64,000 nt of DNA from Zygnema circumcarinatum SAG 698-1b (GCA_037447605.1 CM074806.1:1798001-1862000), one strand, 5' to 3'; shown: positions 37,782 through 55,162, counted from the first letter of the stretch. Made by a program: numbers and translations. The notes: generated by a model from the letters alone, not told the origin.

Positions 37782-40700
37782 TCACTGCACCCAGGACGAC
37801 CGGCACATATCCCAGAAAGGAAACATTCTCGTCAACAGGTTGGGCTTATCCCACTCTTCCTCCGATTCCATCGACTTGATCTTGCGAGCCAGAAAATCCC
37901 TCTCAGCCCTCAGCTGACTCAGCTCCTTCTGAGTATCATCCAACTCCCTCCAAAGGGAGCGTGAGCGCGCAAGCATCATCGTATCGCCGACATCCCACGG
38001 CGGCACCTTGGTCTGCAGCTTAGCCACCTCCCTTGCCAGACGCTCTGCTCTCTCTGTTGCTTCGGTGCGTTCAGCTTTCACGTCTCCCAGCCTTTCTCGC
38101 AACTCTTCAACCAAGGAGTCTCTGTCCTCACTCGACCCATCTCCTACCTCATCCACCTCGTCCACCTCCCAACTCGAGGCCTCAGGGCCGTCTCTTGCAT
38201 GGCCTCTCTTCTTGTCCATCACAACCTCTTGCGCTTGCTCCTCAGGGGCAACTCCTGTCTGCTCCCCAGAAGACAAGCACGATTAAAATCCCGGGTCAGC
38301 CTCCTCCGCCGCATGTTCCGTCGTCCTGCTGTAGCTGCACTTCACACACACGCACGGATGCTACTGTCCCCAAAATCGATTCACGCTCAACTTGCTGTTC
38401 AGTTTGACGTGTTGACGATTGGAAAAATTTACCCACAATCACCAACAATACTGCAGGTTCTGCCAGGGGCCACAGCTTTTGCTGCACTCCAGACTGAAGA
38501 TTACAGAGACACGTCATCTGTAGCCATATCCAGACTATTTTGCTAACAAACTAGATGGAATCTTCTCTAGAGAGCAAGGGAGAGGCATAGCATAGGGCGA
38601 GCAAGACAGAAATTTACATGCAAGATGTGCTTTCTAATAGCCTGTAACAGCAATTATGGAAAACCTTTCAGTCTACAGGCAAGTTTCACGAATTCTGCTG
38701 AATACCATGTATGTAGTTTGATCTTTATACTAAGTCAAACATTTCTAACTCAGCACGAATTTCTTTGCATGTATTGTACAGTCAGGACAAAAAGATAAAC
38801 GTGACTCAAGAGTTGGGCACGCGAGTGGGCCACAACGATCAAGAAAACACTGGTTGACACTTCCTCAGGCTTGAACGTCTCACTTAAAGTTTGCTTCAGC
38901 CATGAAGACAGGCAGCAAACAAACAACAAGTCAAATTAAGTCATGATATGAGCCAGGAGAATTTCATTCTTCGCTTGGCCTGACTGAGGAATGCAGAGAT
39001 GTAACTTCAGTGAAAGGTCATCACTCACATTCCAAGTTTCTAGTATGAAGCGAATGAAAGTTCAAAAGGATCAGACGGAAGAATAACAGTACTTTCCTCG
39101 GCCGCCCAAAGAGAATGCCATCATTAGAAACTCTTCAGTGCAGGGTTCTACAACGTGCATATTACTGTGTGAACATACACACAGCGACACATATGCAGTG
39201 CTGAACCCAAATGGTACACGTACCATCGTTTGTGTCAGCGTTAAACGTACCGGCGTCCTCACCAAGACTACCGAATTCAATTGCAAGATGACAGTCTTTG
39301 TTATTGTGCGCTATATTCAAAAAGAATAAAATTCTTTCTAAACCCTGTATATGCCACGACTCAATCTGTCATCCTGGCAAGTGCTACCTCGAACAAGAAT
39401 GTTCAGAACCCTCAATACCTTCATTACCTGCTGCTTCTCCAGAACTGAAATCTTCAGCTGCAAAGTCGCGACCAAGCCAACAAGGTCCTCTCTGTCATGT
39501 GCGTCTGTGAAATCGTCCAACGGTCTCTCCACAGAATCTTTCTTCTCGACCTCAAGTGCTGCCACCTGTTTGCGGAGTAAATCAACGATTTCTCTTTCCT
39601 TTGACAGCATGTCCTCTTTAACTCCAAGCTCTTGGACACTTGTCTCCACCCGCGCTTCCATTTCTTTTTTGGCTTCGACCAGCTCACTAATTTCTAGCTC
39701 CAGCACTTCAACTCGAGATGTGAGGTACTCATTAAGTGCGAGTACATCAGCCAACTTCTCTGCCTTGAGTCTCGCTTCCTCTCTTAGCATGGCTACCTCT
39801 GTATCATTTTCTACTTTCAACACCATTTCATCAGCACGTAGAGAATTCGAGGGCTTTCGGGTGAAATCACTTTCTGCACACCATTGGAAAAAAACGTCGT
39901 TTCGCGTGTGAGCATTTGTAGTATTCTAGCCTGCCCTGCAGCATGTCCAGCTCCAAAAAAGAGCGTCAAAAGGGACAAATCCAGCTGAAAGAAAAGGTTT
40001 CGTATCAGCCCAGCAAAAGCATTACATCCAGAAATATCCAAGAACTTCCCACGGAAAAGTGAGAAAATGCAAGAAATAAACACGTCTCTAAGCAATCTGC
40101 CTTCGATCTGGCCTTATTAAAAAGCATCTGGCAGCTCCAGATCAATAACTTCTGTAATGACAAGTGTATGAAAACTTGATAACTCTGACCCTCGAAATGG
40201 CCGAATACAAGCTACTAGTTCTTGACCTGACAAAGGCTCGATTTCAACAACAGCTTTTTTATAAAAATGAGTTAAGAAGCACGTAGCCCTGGGTACAAGA
40301 GCCATAGAAATCTTAACAGACTACAAGCATCCACAACAGGTAGCAACAAGGGGAATGTGCAAAAGGGGTATTTCAATATTAGTCCCTAAAATATATGCAA
40401 TGAACGCGACTGAGAAAATGATGAGGAACACGTCACAAACGTTTGGCAGCTCCAAGTTAAACCTTAGAAATGCACTGATTAAAAGTAGAAAATCACAACC
40501 GGCACTCATTTTCAAAAAGATAATGGAGACGTTAAGTGTGCGATTACCGCATTGCCTCAAGTATGCTGAACACGTGGGTTTCTGGGTTTCAAATAGGTAC
40601 CGGAGTGTTGGAATGCAGCCTATTAACAATTGGGAATTTATCTCTGTATTCTTCACAAAAAGTTCAACACAAAAAAAAAAGGTCCATAACAAAAAAATTC

Positions 40701-40897
40701 AAAGGCTGCACGTGTACAGAACGTACTAATGCAGCGTTAAGCTCAAAAACTTTTCAATGAAGACACCATGCTTCAATTAGGCTGGCTGACTCCATGGAGG
40801 AAGCAGACAGTCCTTACATGCTCGAAACTTGAACAACTTAATCCAACAGACCAAAAAACACAGAAACCTTGGCCTCCTTTGTCGGGCAGTTTCCCAT
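37782..40897 (-). CDS. Uncharacterised coiled-coil protein with MGNC N-terminus (about 335 aa, 3 coding exons)
   Basis: Exon MGNCPTKEAK|gt (40868-40897, after a 5'UTR intron). Exon ~39428-39925 is a long E/K/L heptad-rich run ending KQQ|gtaatg. Exon ~37782-38255 is acidic, then coiled coil, ending PNLLTRMFPFWDMCRSSWVQ*. Phase-0 junctions are possible throughout, but the acceptor of exon 2 is uncertain. GA-rich leader at ~41050-41100. Confidence 0.65.
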
Positions 40898-41683
40898 GGG
40901 GGTCCCATTCACTGACCTGCGAAGGTACACGAGATAGAGAAGCGAAACTCGTCTTACAGCTACACAGTCGCAGCTCGCATCAAGCAGTCAGAACACCTCC
41001 CTTCACAAGGACAGACGCCCCAGCCACTACCGTACCCCTTCTGCCTCTCTTATCTCCTCCTCTCCCTCTCCCTTCTCCCTCTCCCTCTCTCTCCCTCCCG
41101 CCGCAGCGCCTTGAAGCCGCGCGCCGAACCCTTCCCGCATGTGCGAACAGCGAACGAGCGCGGAACAGCGCCGCGCGGCGACGCGGGAGGAGGAGGAGCC
41201 GTACGGCTGGATGAATGTACGGACCTAAGAACCTTTGGACTTATGAGCGTACGGAGGGGAGGGCGGGCGATCTGAAGTCACCTTTTTGTCTCCAGGGCCG
41301 GCCCCTCCCGTCCGCGCGGGCCACCTGGTCGCCCGCCAATCAGAGCGCCCCGCAGCACGGGTCCTCCAATGGGAGGGGCGCCGTACTGAGCCTCGCGACG
41401 CGTGTGCGATTCTGTACGACAGAGACAGGTCGCAAGGCGACTGCTAACCGCTGTCTCACGCTCGTGGTTTCTTTCTTTTATTAACGCAAATTAGTTCTAG
41501 TGCCGTAATTCGTGTTCATGTGAAGTACAGTGCCGTGTGGGAGAGCGGCATCCAACTGGTGAATGACTACTGTATGCGCAACTAGATTTAAGGCTAGGCG
41601 CAGCTTTCCGATCCTAGCATTTTTCTTGTGTCCTTAGAACCTTTGCGACCAGTTCTTCGTGGTTCCCCATGATGCTGATTTTG

Positions 41684-41731
41684 TCCATATACATTTGATG
41701 GCCGTGCCATCGTGAGATCCATGCCACTTCC
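41684..41731 (+). repeat. Dispersed ~40-bp hairpin repeat, copy B (between FAS1 3' end and the coiled-coil gene promoter)
   Basis: TCCATATACATTTGATGGCCGTGCCATCGTGAGATCCATGCCACTTCC. Confidence 0.75.
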
Positions 41732-42421
41732 TTCCTATACTGGATTACTGCAAGGGAAAACGTGCCAATCTGTTTGTAACGGTCGCAAGCTGCTGCATTG
41801 CCATGCGTAGAAAACCACATCCAGCTCGAAATGAAAGAGTCCAACTGCGATGCGCTGCGCACAGTGAAGTCGACGGAGGAGGAGGGCAATGATGAGGATA
41901 GAATCGGAGAAAACCGGCCGTGTTAGCATACATAAGAAGTTCGCTCTGCGAGTTGAGAGTCAACTATCGCAAATGGGAAATGCCTGGTTCAGATCAAAAT
42001 CGTCAAGAGTTTCACCGTCAGTTGAACGGGAGCCACAACCGAGAAGCCGATTGTCATCGGAGTCACTTATCCAGTCTTCGACCGAAGTGAGGGTTGCAAA
42101 CACACAAAGTTTACTTCCCTATCATGTATACAAGAATTTATGGCACATGTCTCCAGCTCTTTGCCCTGAGAGAGTCTCCTCAAGCTGCGAGTTTTGTGAT
42201 CGATAGCGCTTCTGAACTCTCCCGTCAAACAAAAGGAAAATTCGCGAGTCAGAGGGGTTTCCTCCATCAGTCTTGAAAGAGAGTCAGCAAAACTCTTTTC
42301 GTCTGCTGTCAGAAGGGGCTTAAGATGACGACGCTTCAGGCCAAGTGGCAGAATCCAGCAGCCTCCTTTACGTGTTGTCGTATCTCGACAGCAGGACCCA
42401 CACTTGACCTCCGAAGTCCAT

Positions 42422-45400
42422 CTAGGTTTTTGTGAAGAATGTTGTAAGGACCTTCCCTTCCCGGACAGCTTCCTTCCGAGGTGTAGTAACAGGCACTGCC
42501 GACCTCCCAGAAAAAGGTACGATGTCAGGTGAAAGAATGAATTGCCAATGGCACTCAACAGTACTCCGTAGTTGCATAAAGCCCACCATTCTAGGCTTGA
42601 TGTAAACGCCTATGCCGAAGGTTCAGTCAAAGAACTCTAAGTGACACTGATTATCGTCGGCTACAACAGCTTTCGATATACTGAAGGCATAAGTCCTCGC
42701 CTTGTGGCTACATTGCAAATTTGCAGAGAGAAAATTTTACAGAATAGGCCATCTCACCAGTCTGTCCCTCAATATGGGAAGGCTTGATCCCCAACTCATG
42801 CACCATATCCTCCTTCACCTGGCCCATACAACCAGTACCAGTTTATAGTCCTTTACATCGGTTTGGGTTGTCATCGGGGAAATTGTCAAATGTTGAATAG
42901 ATTGCCACTTAAGGCATTAGTGCACAGAAATTGATTCACTTCGCTATCTGGTGAAGACACGAACCAGTATGGTGTAAGCATTATGAGCATCAAAGCATGG
43001 ATGTGTAGATCAATTTCAAATCGCTCAGGTCAAGGACGAAGTTGCTCCTTTTGTACGGAAGGGACTGAAACATACATCAGAGATGAAGGGCTCCAAGAAA
43101 ACAAGTTGACCAAACTAAGGTGTAGGCAGCACAAGCTCTACAAAATGCTCTCCATTCTGTGGGACACAAATGCTTCCCTTACTGCCAAACTACGTGATCC
43201 AATTGTAAGGACTCTTTCATCAGTCTTGCCCGACAGGACAGCCTTTCTCTTGCTTACCTGCCAGCATCCACCATTGAAATCTGCCACTTTGCGGATAGCA
43301 GCCTCCAATTGGCCCTTTGGAATGCCAGGGTACTTGCCGCATAATATCTCCACATTCTTTTTTATGCCGTGTGATGATGTCATTAAGAATAGCGCCTGTA
43401 GGAAAGCACAAGATGAGCTCTACACAGCATGGCCATGGCCCGATTGGAGGGCAGCAGTCACACATACCTACTTTACATGTGTATTCCAATGAGTTAAAAA
43501 TGTAAACTCCACATTCCACTTATGCACCACAAATTCCAAAGAAGCACGTTTACTTCTTCCCTTCTTTTCACTAGGCAAAAGATAAAAAAGCATAAAGCCC
43601 CATTCGTCTTCCCAATTACTTTCAGAGCCAAGATATTTTACTCACAACGTCTGGTAGACAGCTCTGAGGGAAAGATTTATCAGCCTTCGGAGTACGACGA
43701 CTGTAAGCCTTTGCGTCACAGGTCTTACTCTGCTCTAGTTCAGAAGTTGGGGTCATCCCAACCTTACAATGCAGCGCCAGCACTTCTATGGAAAGTGCTT
43801 GCAAAAGAGCAGCATCTCCAACGAGTGTTCGATTCTCTGTCCTTCCACTGGCGTTGGCAGAACACTTGAAAGTAGGTCCTTCCAGGTCATTTAGCCTGTC
43901 CGCAGCTCCAAGAGTGGAAAGCAACAGTGGACAATTATTTCGCAACGCTTTTTCAATGAGCATATTAAGTGCTTTCAAGGACTTGGGGTGCTCCTTTTCC
44001 CTTCTGCACCAAGTTTCACTATCTTCGGTGTATGAACCATCACATCGCCCATTTTGTGGGACACCGGCCTCGCGCTCGTCAGTTAATTCACCAGCGTCCT
44101 CCTCTGGACCCACCTGCAAGTGTTGACTCCAACGAGTGAACCAGCTTCAGTGATCTTAAATGCCAAAAAAAATCAGTTCTAATGCACACCAGGAGATGTC
44201 CTTACTTCTGAATGTTGGCCCAATAACCTTATCAAATTGGCTTTAACCATTGCTCAGTCACACACAAGAATGGCAACTGTGTTGTTCTCCTTAAAGGCAA
44301 AGTTAAACATGCAAACAGCAGCATGCAAACAGCAGCATGTAAACTGAGGATATGATTCTTCCCAAGAAATCCACAATAGACAGACTGCAGCTCGAGAGGA
44401 TTCGTCAAGGACACATTCCATGACACAACAGGAGCTGCACATTGAGACGCACATTCTGGAGAAGCCAATTTCTGTGCTGACTTACCTCATCTTCAGAAAG
44501 ATAGCCATCAGGCACTAAAAAGCCGTCTGCTGCTTCATCCTCATCACCTTCGCTCTTATCATCTTCCTTATCTGAGTCAGAGAGACTCTCCCCAGGTTCC
44601 TCCTGCCAGAACGGAAATTGAATGGTTAGGCTTCACCTACTAAACGGTTTTCCTTCCAGAAGGTGGTACCCAAAGAGAACCGTGGCAGAGATGGTCCTGG
44701 CAGCGCTATGACAACAGAGGCGTTAAGACGACACCAAGACCACACACTACGTATAATGAATGAATTAGAATCATTCATAATGAAGGGTAGAGCAATTCAT
44801 GAAAAGCCCAAGGCTGCAAAAAGGCAATCAACCTTACTCCTTTTCCACTTTCAGACATATTGCTAGTGTTTATGAAGCCAGACAGCTTTACTACTAAGAG
44901 AGTGAGATGCAAAGGGAAATGTGAGAGGGCAGTGACTGAGCAGAGCATCATGCCACCCAATTGTCGTACATGCTGCTCATTTAACAAGACTTTGACGTAA
45001 ACATTGTGCAATCGCGGTAAGCCTCGCGTAAAGTCATATGAAACAGATGCACATTGCCCGATTGGGTTCAGAAATTCTTACCTCCTCCCACTCTTCAGCA
45101 CTATCATACGAATAATCCAAAGAGGGATCTCTCCTATATGGGTTGCGCGGCACTGCAAACGAGCTGCATGAACCCAGGAACATGAAACGTTGGTGCCATG
45201 CAACCCCATTTATGGGACACACTTAGGGCGACTTCTCTTCATTTAACAGAAATCTAACGGGAATAATCAGGAACAGGAACTGGAAAAAAATCCGCTGTGC
45301 AAGATAAATCATTGTTCACTGCAAGTAATCTATGTGAAGTCAGCAATGCGCCTTGAGCACTGCTGTCTTTACCTTTTGATAGATGTGCTGCCATAAAAAG

Positions 45401-46859
45401 CAGGTCTGTGATTCTCATGGAACTGAAGAAGCTTCCTCTTTTTTGTCAGTCTTGGCTCGTCCATGCCTCGTCGTACTGCTACTTTGTCGCTTACCTCTCC
45501 AGAGCTCTCAGAAACTGCACTCCTGTCTACAATGGGCATATTCTCTGATATTTGACACTCATCGCCTTCCCCATCCGCATCAACAGTTCTGTCTGCCTTC
45601 ACGGTTTCCCTAACATTATCAGCATAGCCTTGACTTGAGACCTCCAACTCAGTGCGCTTCTCTTCTGTTGAAGGCAACGCTGTCCCGGATATTAAAGGTG
45701 CAGGGATGGCTTGCAGCTTCAACTTCTTAAACAATGTAGTCTTGGGATGCCTACGGACACCCCATCTGTGAAGTCTCCTCTTTTTATGATTTTCATGGGC
45801 GGCCCGCCATGCTCCTTGGTAATTCCTGCAACAAGAGATGTCCATGAAAATTCCCAAAACGAACATGCTCGCGTCAGTTGACCCGCTTCTTGACAGAAAC
45901 AACAGCTAATGAAAGAGCCACGAATAACCTTAGGCCTGACTTAGTGACGGCATCCCACGTGCTTCCTTATGATACACTTTTGCAGCTTCAGCGTATTTCG
46001 GCATAAAGCCTAGTTGCTGGCAATGCACTTGTCCCACTCCAGCTAATCGCTAGTTCCGCTATGAAAGGTTTACCCAGTGGCGTCATGCTTCGGAAAAATA
46101 GGTAGGCAGTCATGCCTACCTCAAGAGCTCAGGAATATTTACGGCAGCCACAGCAAGCTCTTCGTCCATAATCCGCATTTCCGCAGCTCTGGCCTCAAAA
46201 TCCGCAGTCAGTGTGAGACTTCCGCCTTGTTCTGTAGGTTTTGATTCAATTGACTTGCAAGGGCCCCCATCCCCTTCCCCATTGCTTTTCATCAGAAAAT
46301 TTGCCAAGGTGTTGGCCTGCTTCTTCAGTAGTTCTTCCTGCTTTCTTTTCTTCTCGTCGCGCAGCGCTTCCTTCTCCTCACGTTCTTTTCTCTTTTTGTT
46401 CTTTGTTTCTTGTTCGGCTTCTTCCTTTAGCCGCTTTGCCTCTTTCTCTTCTTCCCGCTTCCGCCGTTTCTCTTCTTTCTCTGCCAAATCTTGCATCTTC
46501 TTGGTTTCCATCTCTTTCTTTCGCTTCTGTCGTTCCTCCTCCTTTGCAGCCTCCTGCTGTTTCTTCGCAATCATCTCCTCCTCCCTTTTCTTTCGTTTGT
46601 CCTCCTTTTCTTCCTCCTCCCTCCGCCGCTTCTCCTCTCTTTCCTGCTTCCTCTTAAGCTTCATCTCCCTCTCCGAATCCACCTTACCGCTTCTCGAGGC
46701 CACTTCCTCGTTCTCCTTACCATCCTCCTCCCTCTCATCAACCTCCTTAACCTCCTCATCCGTTTCCACCTTCACATTCAGTCTCCTCCTTCTTGGCGTT
46801 CGCTGCCCCCTAGACAAAGGAATTTCCGTCGCCCTCGTCGCGACCTCCGTCGATGCCAT
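42422..46859 (-). CDS. FAS1: Chromatin assembly factor 1 subunit A (p150 / FASCIATA1)
   Basis: KER-rich coiled coil ending KKQANTLANFLMK. Then HRWGVRRHPKTTLFKKLKLQ, KRKLLQFHENHRPAFYG, RNPYRRDPSLDYSYDSAEEWEE|EEPGESLSDSD..DGFLVPDGYLSEDE (ED domain), and winged-helix exon (IPKGQLEAAIRKVADF..WQ|VKEDMV). Terminal exon VPVTTPRKEAVREGKVLTTFFTKT* has a PIP-like motif (stop 42422-42424). Confidence 0.93.
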
Positions 46860-46884
46860 GGCGCGACCTCAGTTGATCCCTGAG

Positions 46885-47211
46885 CTCTCCTCTCTCTCTC
46901 CCTCCCTCCCTCCCTCCCTCCCTCCCTCCGTCCCTCCCCTCCCTCCCTCCCTCCCTCCCTCCCTCCCTCCCTCCCTCCCTCCCTCCCTCCCTCCCTCCCT
47001 CCCTCCCTCCCTCCCTCCCTCCCTCCCTCCCTCCCTCCCTCCCTCCCTCCCTCCCTCCCTCCCTCCCTCTCTCCCTCCCTCCCTCCTCTCTCCCTCCCTC
47101 ACTCCCTCACTCCCTCACTCCCTCCCTCCCTCTCTCCCTCTCTCCCTCACCCTCTCACTCCCTCCCTCCCTCCCTCCCTCTCTCCCTCTCTCCCTCTCCC
47201 TCTCCTCTCTC
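46885..47211. repeat. About 325-bp (CCCT)n polypyrimidine/polypurine tract; (AGGG)n on the FAS1 sense strand, directly upstream of its ATG
   Basis: Long near-perfect CCCT repeat with CTCT/CACT variants; it ends about 25 nt from the start codon. Confidence 0.97.
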
Positions 47212-47266
47212 AGCGGAGGCGCGCGGCCAAACGTGCCCGAGCGAGCGAGCGCGGTTTTGAAGCGCG

Positions 47267-47277
47267 TTGGCGCCAAA
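47267..47277. promoter_or_regulatory. E2F site (TTTGGCGC on -, within palindromic TTGGCGCCAA) upstream of FAS1
   Basis: TTGGCGCCAAA matches the TTTSSCGC consensus. A second TTCGCGCC lies at ~47311. FAS1 is an established E2F target in Arabidopsis. Confidence 0.6.
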
Positions 47278-47358
47278 GGGCCAAAACTCGAAACCTCATT
47301 TTGGCCTCCCTTCGCGCCCCTCTGCGGACTGTGGGCGAGCGTCGTCCAATGCGGGATC

Positions 47359-47386
47359 GCCACGTGTGCAATATTGCCTACGTGGC
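47359..47386. promoter_or_regulatory. Imperfect 28-bp palindrome with two ACGT cores (GCCACGTGTGCAAT|ATTGCCTACGTGGC)
   Basis: Arms match 12/14. It lies upstream of FAS1. Confidence 0.4.
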
Positions 47387-47583
47387 GGGTCAACCATTGG
47401 ACAGGGTCCTCTGCAGCCAGTGCCTGAGTGCGCTCGGCGGGTTGGGCTCCTCTCTCTCGTTGCGGCCCTGCCCTCTCTGCCCAGCACTTTATCTCAGCAG
47501 AGTTTTGTGGCAGAGTTTGAAGGACTGCAGTGGAGGAAGTATTGCATTACATTGCATTGCGGGGGTTCAACATCTTGGCTTAT

Positions 47584-47626
47584 TCCATGTACATTTGATG
47601 CCCTCACCATCGTGAGATCAATGCCA
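47584..47626 (+). repeat. Dispersed ~40-bp hairpin repeat, copy C (between FAS1 promoter and DBP2 3' end)
   Basis: TCCATGTACATTTGATGCCCTCACCATCGTGAGATCAATGCCA; 37/43 identical to copy B. Confidence 0.7.
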
Positions 47627-48262
47627 AATTATTCACAGTGAAGGAATTTCCACTCTGAGCTGTACGACGCAAGGTGTGAACAGTCGTGTGGGGTTAATAT
47701 GGCTATCCTGCTTGCTTCTATTATGGCACTGGCCATAATAGAAGATAGATAGATAGATTCCATTTTGGCTTCTTCCAGATGGTCTCTGTCTAGAAGATAC
47801 TTGCTTTAGCATGAACGCTGAAACAACGTAAGACTGAAGCAGGAAGAGCCGAAAAACAAGAGTCCTTCGAAAGAGGCAAAAAGGGTTGACCAATTCACAA
47901 AAAACAGAATACAGAGGTCTACTTTCTCGTCCGTGGGTTTGGTTTTCTCCAAAGTTTTTCACTCCTTCCACTAGTGAGTGAGTTTCCTCAACTTTCACCT
48001 GCTTGTAACATACGTAATCTCAATTCCACCCAAAGCCAAAACACCATATCTGCGCCAACGAGGAAGAGGAGCCTTCTTTATTCGTCGCTAAACATCGAAT
48101 TGACAAATGAACTTCCTCCTCATCGTCACTTTCAATGGAAGCATCCACTTTTCTGCGGGCTCTGCCAGGACTTCAGACTACAGATTATCTCGACACAACT
48201 GACAAACAGGAAGGCGTCACGACCTAGCGCTACTAAGAGGCTGAGTTGCAGGGCGTAACAAA

Positions 48263-52835
<4,573 letters not shown>

Positions 52836-53372
52836 GATGACCGCCTCCACCTGCGACAGCTGACACACCGCCTCTGCGCTGCCCTCCTGCTCCTCCTCGC
52901 AGCGGCGCGCCTCTCCTCTCTCCTGCTAAGCAGTGCGGGACCGCTCCGTCTTTTCCTCCCTCCCTCGCTGTCTGCCTCGCCTGCTCTTGGAGCGGAGTGG
53001 GGCAAGTGCAGAATATCTCCTGCGCGGGCCAAATATTTGCACGGTCCGCGGCCTTTCGTCACATGCTCCCTCCAGCGTGAAATATTGATTTTCAAAACAA
53101 ACTTTAACTAGCGCACGGACATGGAACGGTCCCGAGATCCGTTAGCTGAACGCCCCCTCCCGTCTCTTCGGCATGCGCGCCACGCGGCGGGCACAAGCCG
53201 AGGGCGGACGTATAGGGCGCAGCTATGGCCACGCGGCGCGCCCGTGCATGGCCATGGCGCCCTCTCGGGGCCCGCGGCTGCACGTGCAGGGGAGGAGGAG
53301 AAGGGCTGCCTGCGCTCGAGGGCGGGGGAAGGAAGCAGCACGCGCAGCAGCAGCAGCGCAGCAGCAGGCGCC

Positions 53373-54002
53373 ATGGTGCAGTGGGTGCTAGTCGCCGTGG
53401 CGACGGTTCTCTTCGCGATCCTGTCGCCGGGTTTGCTGCTGCAGGTGCGACCTCGTTCCCTTTCAAGTACTATTATTGTTGGATTTTTCTTTTTTTGCAC
53501 TGTGGATGCTTTATTTTTCCGGTGGATGCTTTATTTTTCCGCTGGAAAACGGAAAGTTGTACGAACATGACTGAATTTTGAGGGCTGCATGAATGAATGG
53601 CATGCATGGCTGCATGACTTGCTACTTGCTGCAAATTGGAAAGATAATTTTTTCAGCTTTTTCCCTAGTTTTCAGCTGTTTCTTGCCTTCCCTGATGTTC
53701 TTTTCTGTCTTTTCTACTTTATATGGCGTCGGGTGTGTGCTTCACAATGCGATGTGGATTGCATGGCTGTTTCTGAGCTGCTATTATTGAAGGAAGATTT
53801 TGTTTTTTTGGCTTTCTTTGCATCAGATTTTTTTTCTTCCCTTATTGAGGGGGTCCGTTGCTTGCAGATTCCGGGAGACCAACGGCCAGTGGAGCTCCGT
53901 AACTGGCGAACGTCTCTCGCTTCAGTGCTTGTGCATGCAGTGGTCTTCTTTGTCCTCCTCCTCGCTCTTGATGCGATTTTCCATTTCACTGATCACCGCT
54001 GA
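53373..54002 (+). CDS. DUF3339 family small membrane protein, 2 exons (53373-53444, 53868-54002)
   Basis: MVQWVLVAVATVLFAILSPGLLLQ|IPGDQRPVELRNWRTSLASVLVHAVVFF.. matches the family pattern LFxxLSPGLLxQxPG..TS..SxLVHA. Confidence 0.9.
53502..53541. repeat. 20-bp direct tandem duplication in the DUF3339 intron
   Basis: GTGGATGCTTTATTTTTCCG x2. Confidence 0.85.
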
Positions 54003-54516
54003 GGCGTCCAATGGCTTGTATACTAACGACAGGAGTCGACTGTGTACTCTCAGAGTAGGAAGCAAAGAACTGCGAAAATTTTAAGCCGCCTGAAAGCTGG
54101 CTGGTTGGGGTACTCGCTACAATCTCGTATACTTGCTGCCTCCTTTTCCTCAGGCGTTGGATGTAAAAAATGTGAAGGCATGATTCCAGCGTTGCAGTCC
54201 GGTGATGTAAATATACTTCAGCAGACGGGCATTGGGACCCATTGACAATCCCTTGGAATTGTTGCAGAACCATTTCGTCCATTTGTTGGCTGTGTGTTTC
54301 TCTGTTCGTGCTTGCTGCTTTTTTTCGTGCCCTCGAATATCAGGGATGAGTTTTGGAAACGAAATGGGTGTCACCTTATGGTTAGATCGACTTCCCACGC
54401 AAGTCGAAAGGAAAGGATTTACATTTTGAGGTGTCCAGCATTTGTCCGTCATAAACTACATCCATTTCACGGCCTCACTTCGGAGGCAAACACACAAGTG
54501 ACCACACAAGTGACAC

Positions 54517-54572
54517 GCAAATGGCGCCTTTCTCGATCGAACGGGCAAATGGCGCCTTTCTCGATCGAACGG
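54517..54572. repeat. 28-bp perfect tandem duplication, intergenic
   Basis: GCAAATGGCGCCTTTCTCGATCGAACGG x2, preceded by CACACAAGTGAC x2. Confidence 0.9.
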
Positions 54573-55162
54573 TGTTCAGTGAGATTTTATTTATTTATTA
54601 GCAAGTTGTGAAAATGAAGAACTTTTGAAGTTTCAAACACACTGTAGATGTAGCTTAGAATTCAAATGCTTTGCGTATACGTGCAGATTGCAAAGTCGCC
54701 GTGTGTGAAGGGGACTGTCTGAGGAGAAGATACTATCATTCAATCCATTACTTGAAATCCGTGATGTCAAATATATTGTGGTGGTGGCTAAAGGTATGAA
54801 AAAAGAAAGACTCGTATAAATGTTTGCTTAGAAATTCCTCAGTCACGGGAAATCGCGCCTTGAAATGCAATGATGTTTTCTGGGGATCAAGTTCAAACCC
54901 ACCCACGGATAGACTCACTCACTCTCAAGTAGACTTAGGATTTTTAGTAAGAACTTTGTTGCCTTAGAGCAAGTTGCTTTGATAATGATGTCGTTGAAAG
55001 ATACTTTGACGGTTTTTTGTGAAAAGATTGTTGCCTTGGCTCCGCAAAACAACACTGGTATAAAATATTATTTATCGCTTGATTGGCTAAAGCAAGAAGA
55101 AATTGCGCAGAAAGAGAATTCCGCAAAGGTTAGTTTGCCGCTTGCCTCGGCGCAGCCCTTTC

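Noticed and set aside
42067-42558. 163-aa ORF as a C-terminal extension of FAS1
   Set aside because: The acceptor at ~42498 gives, in a different frame, a short FAS1-like ending (VLTTFFTK*) in phase with the previous exon.
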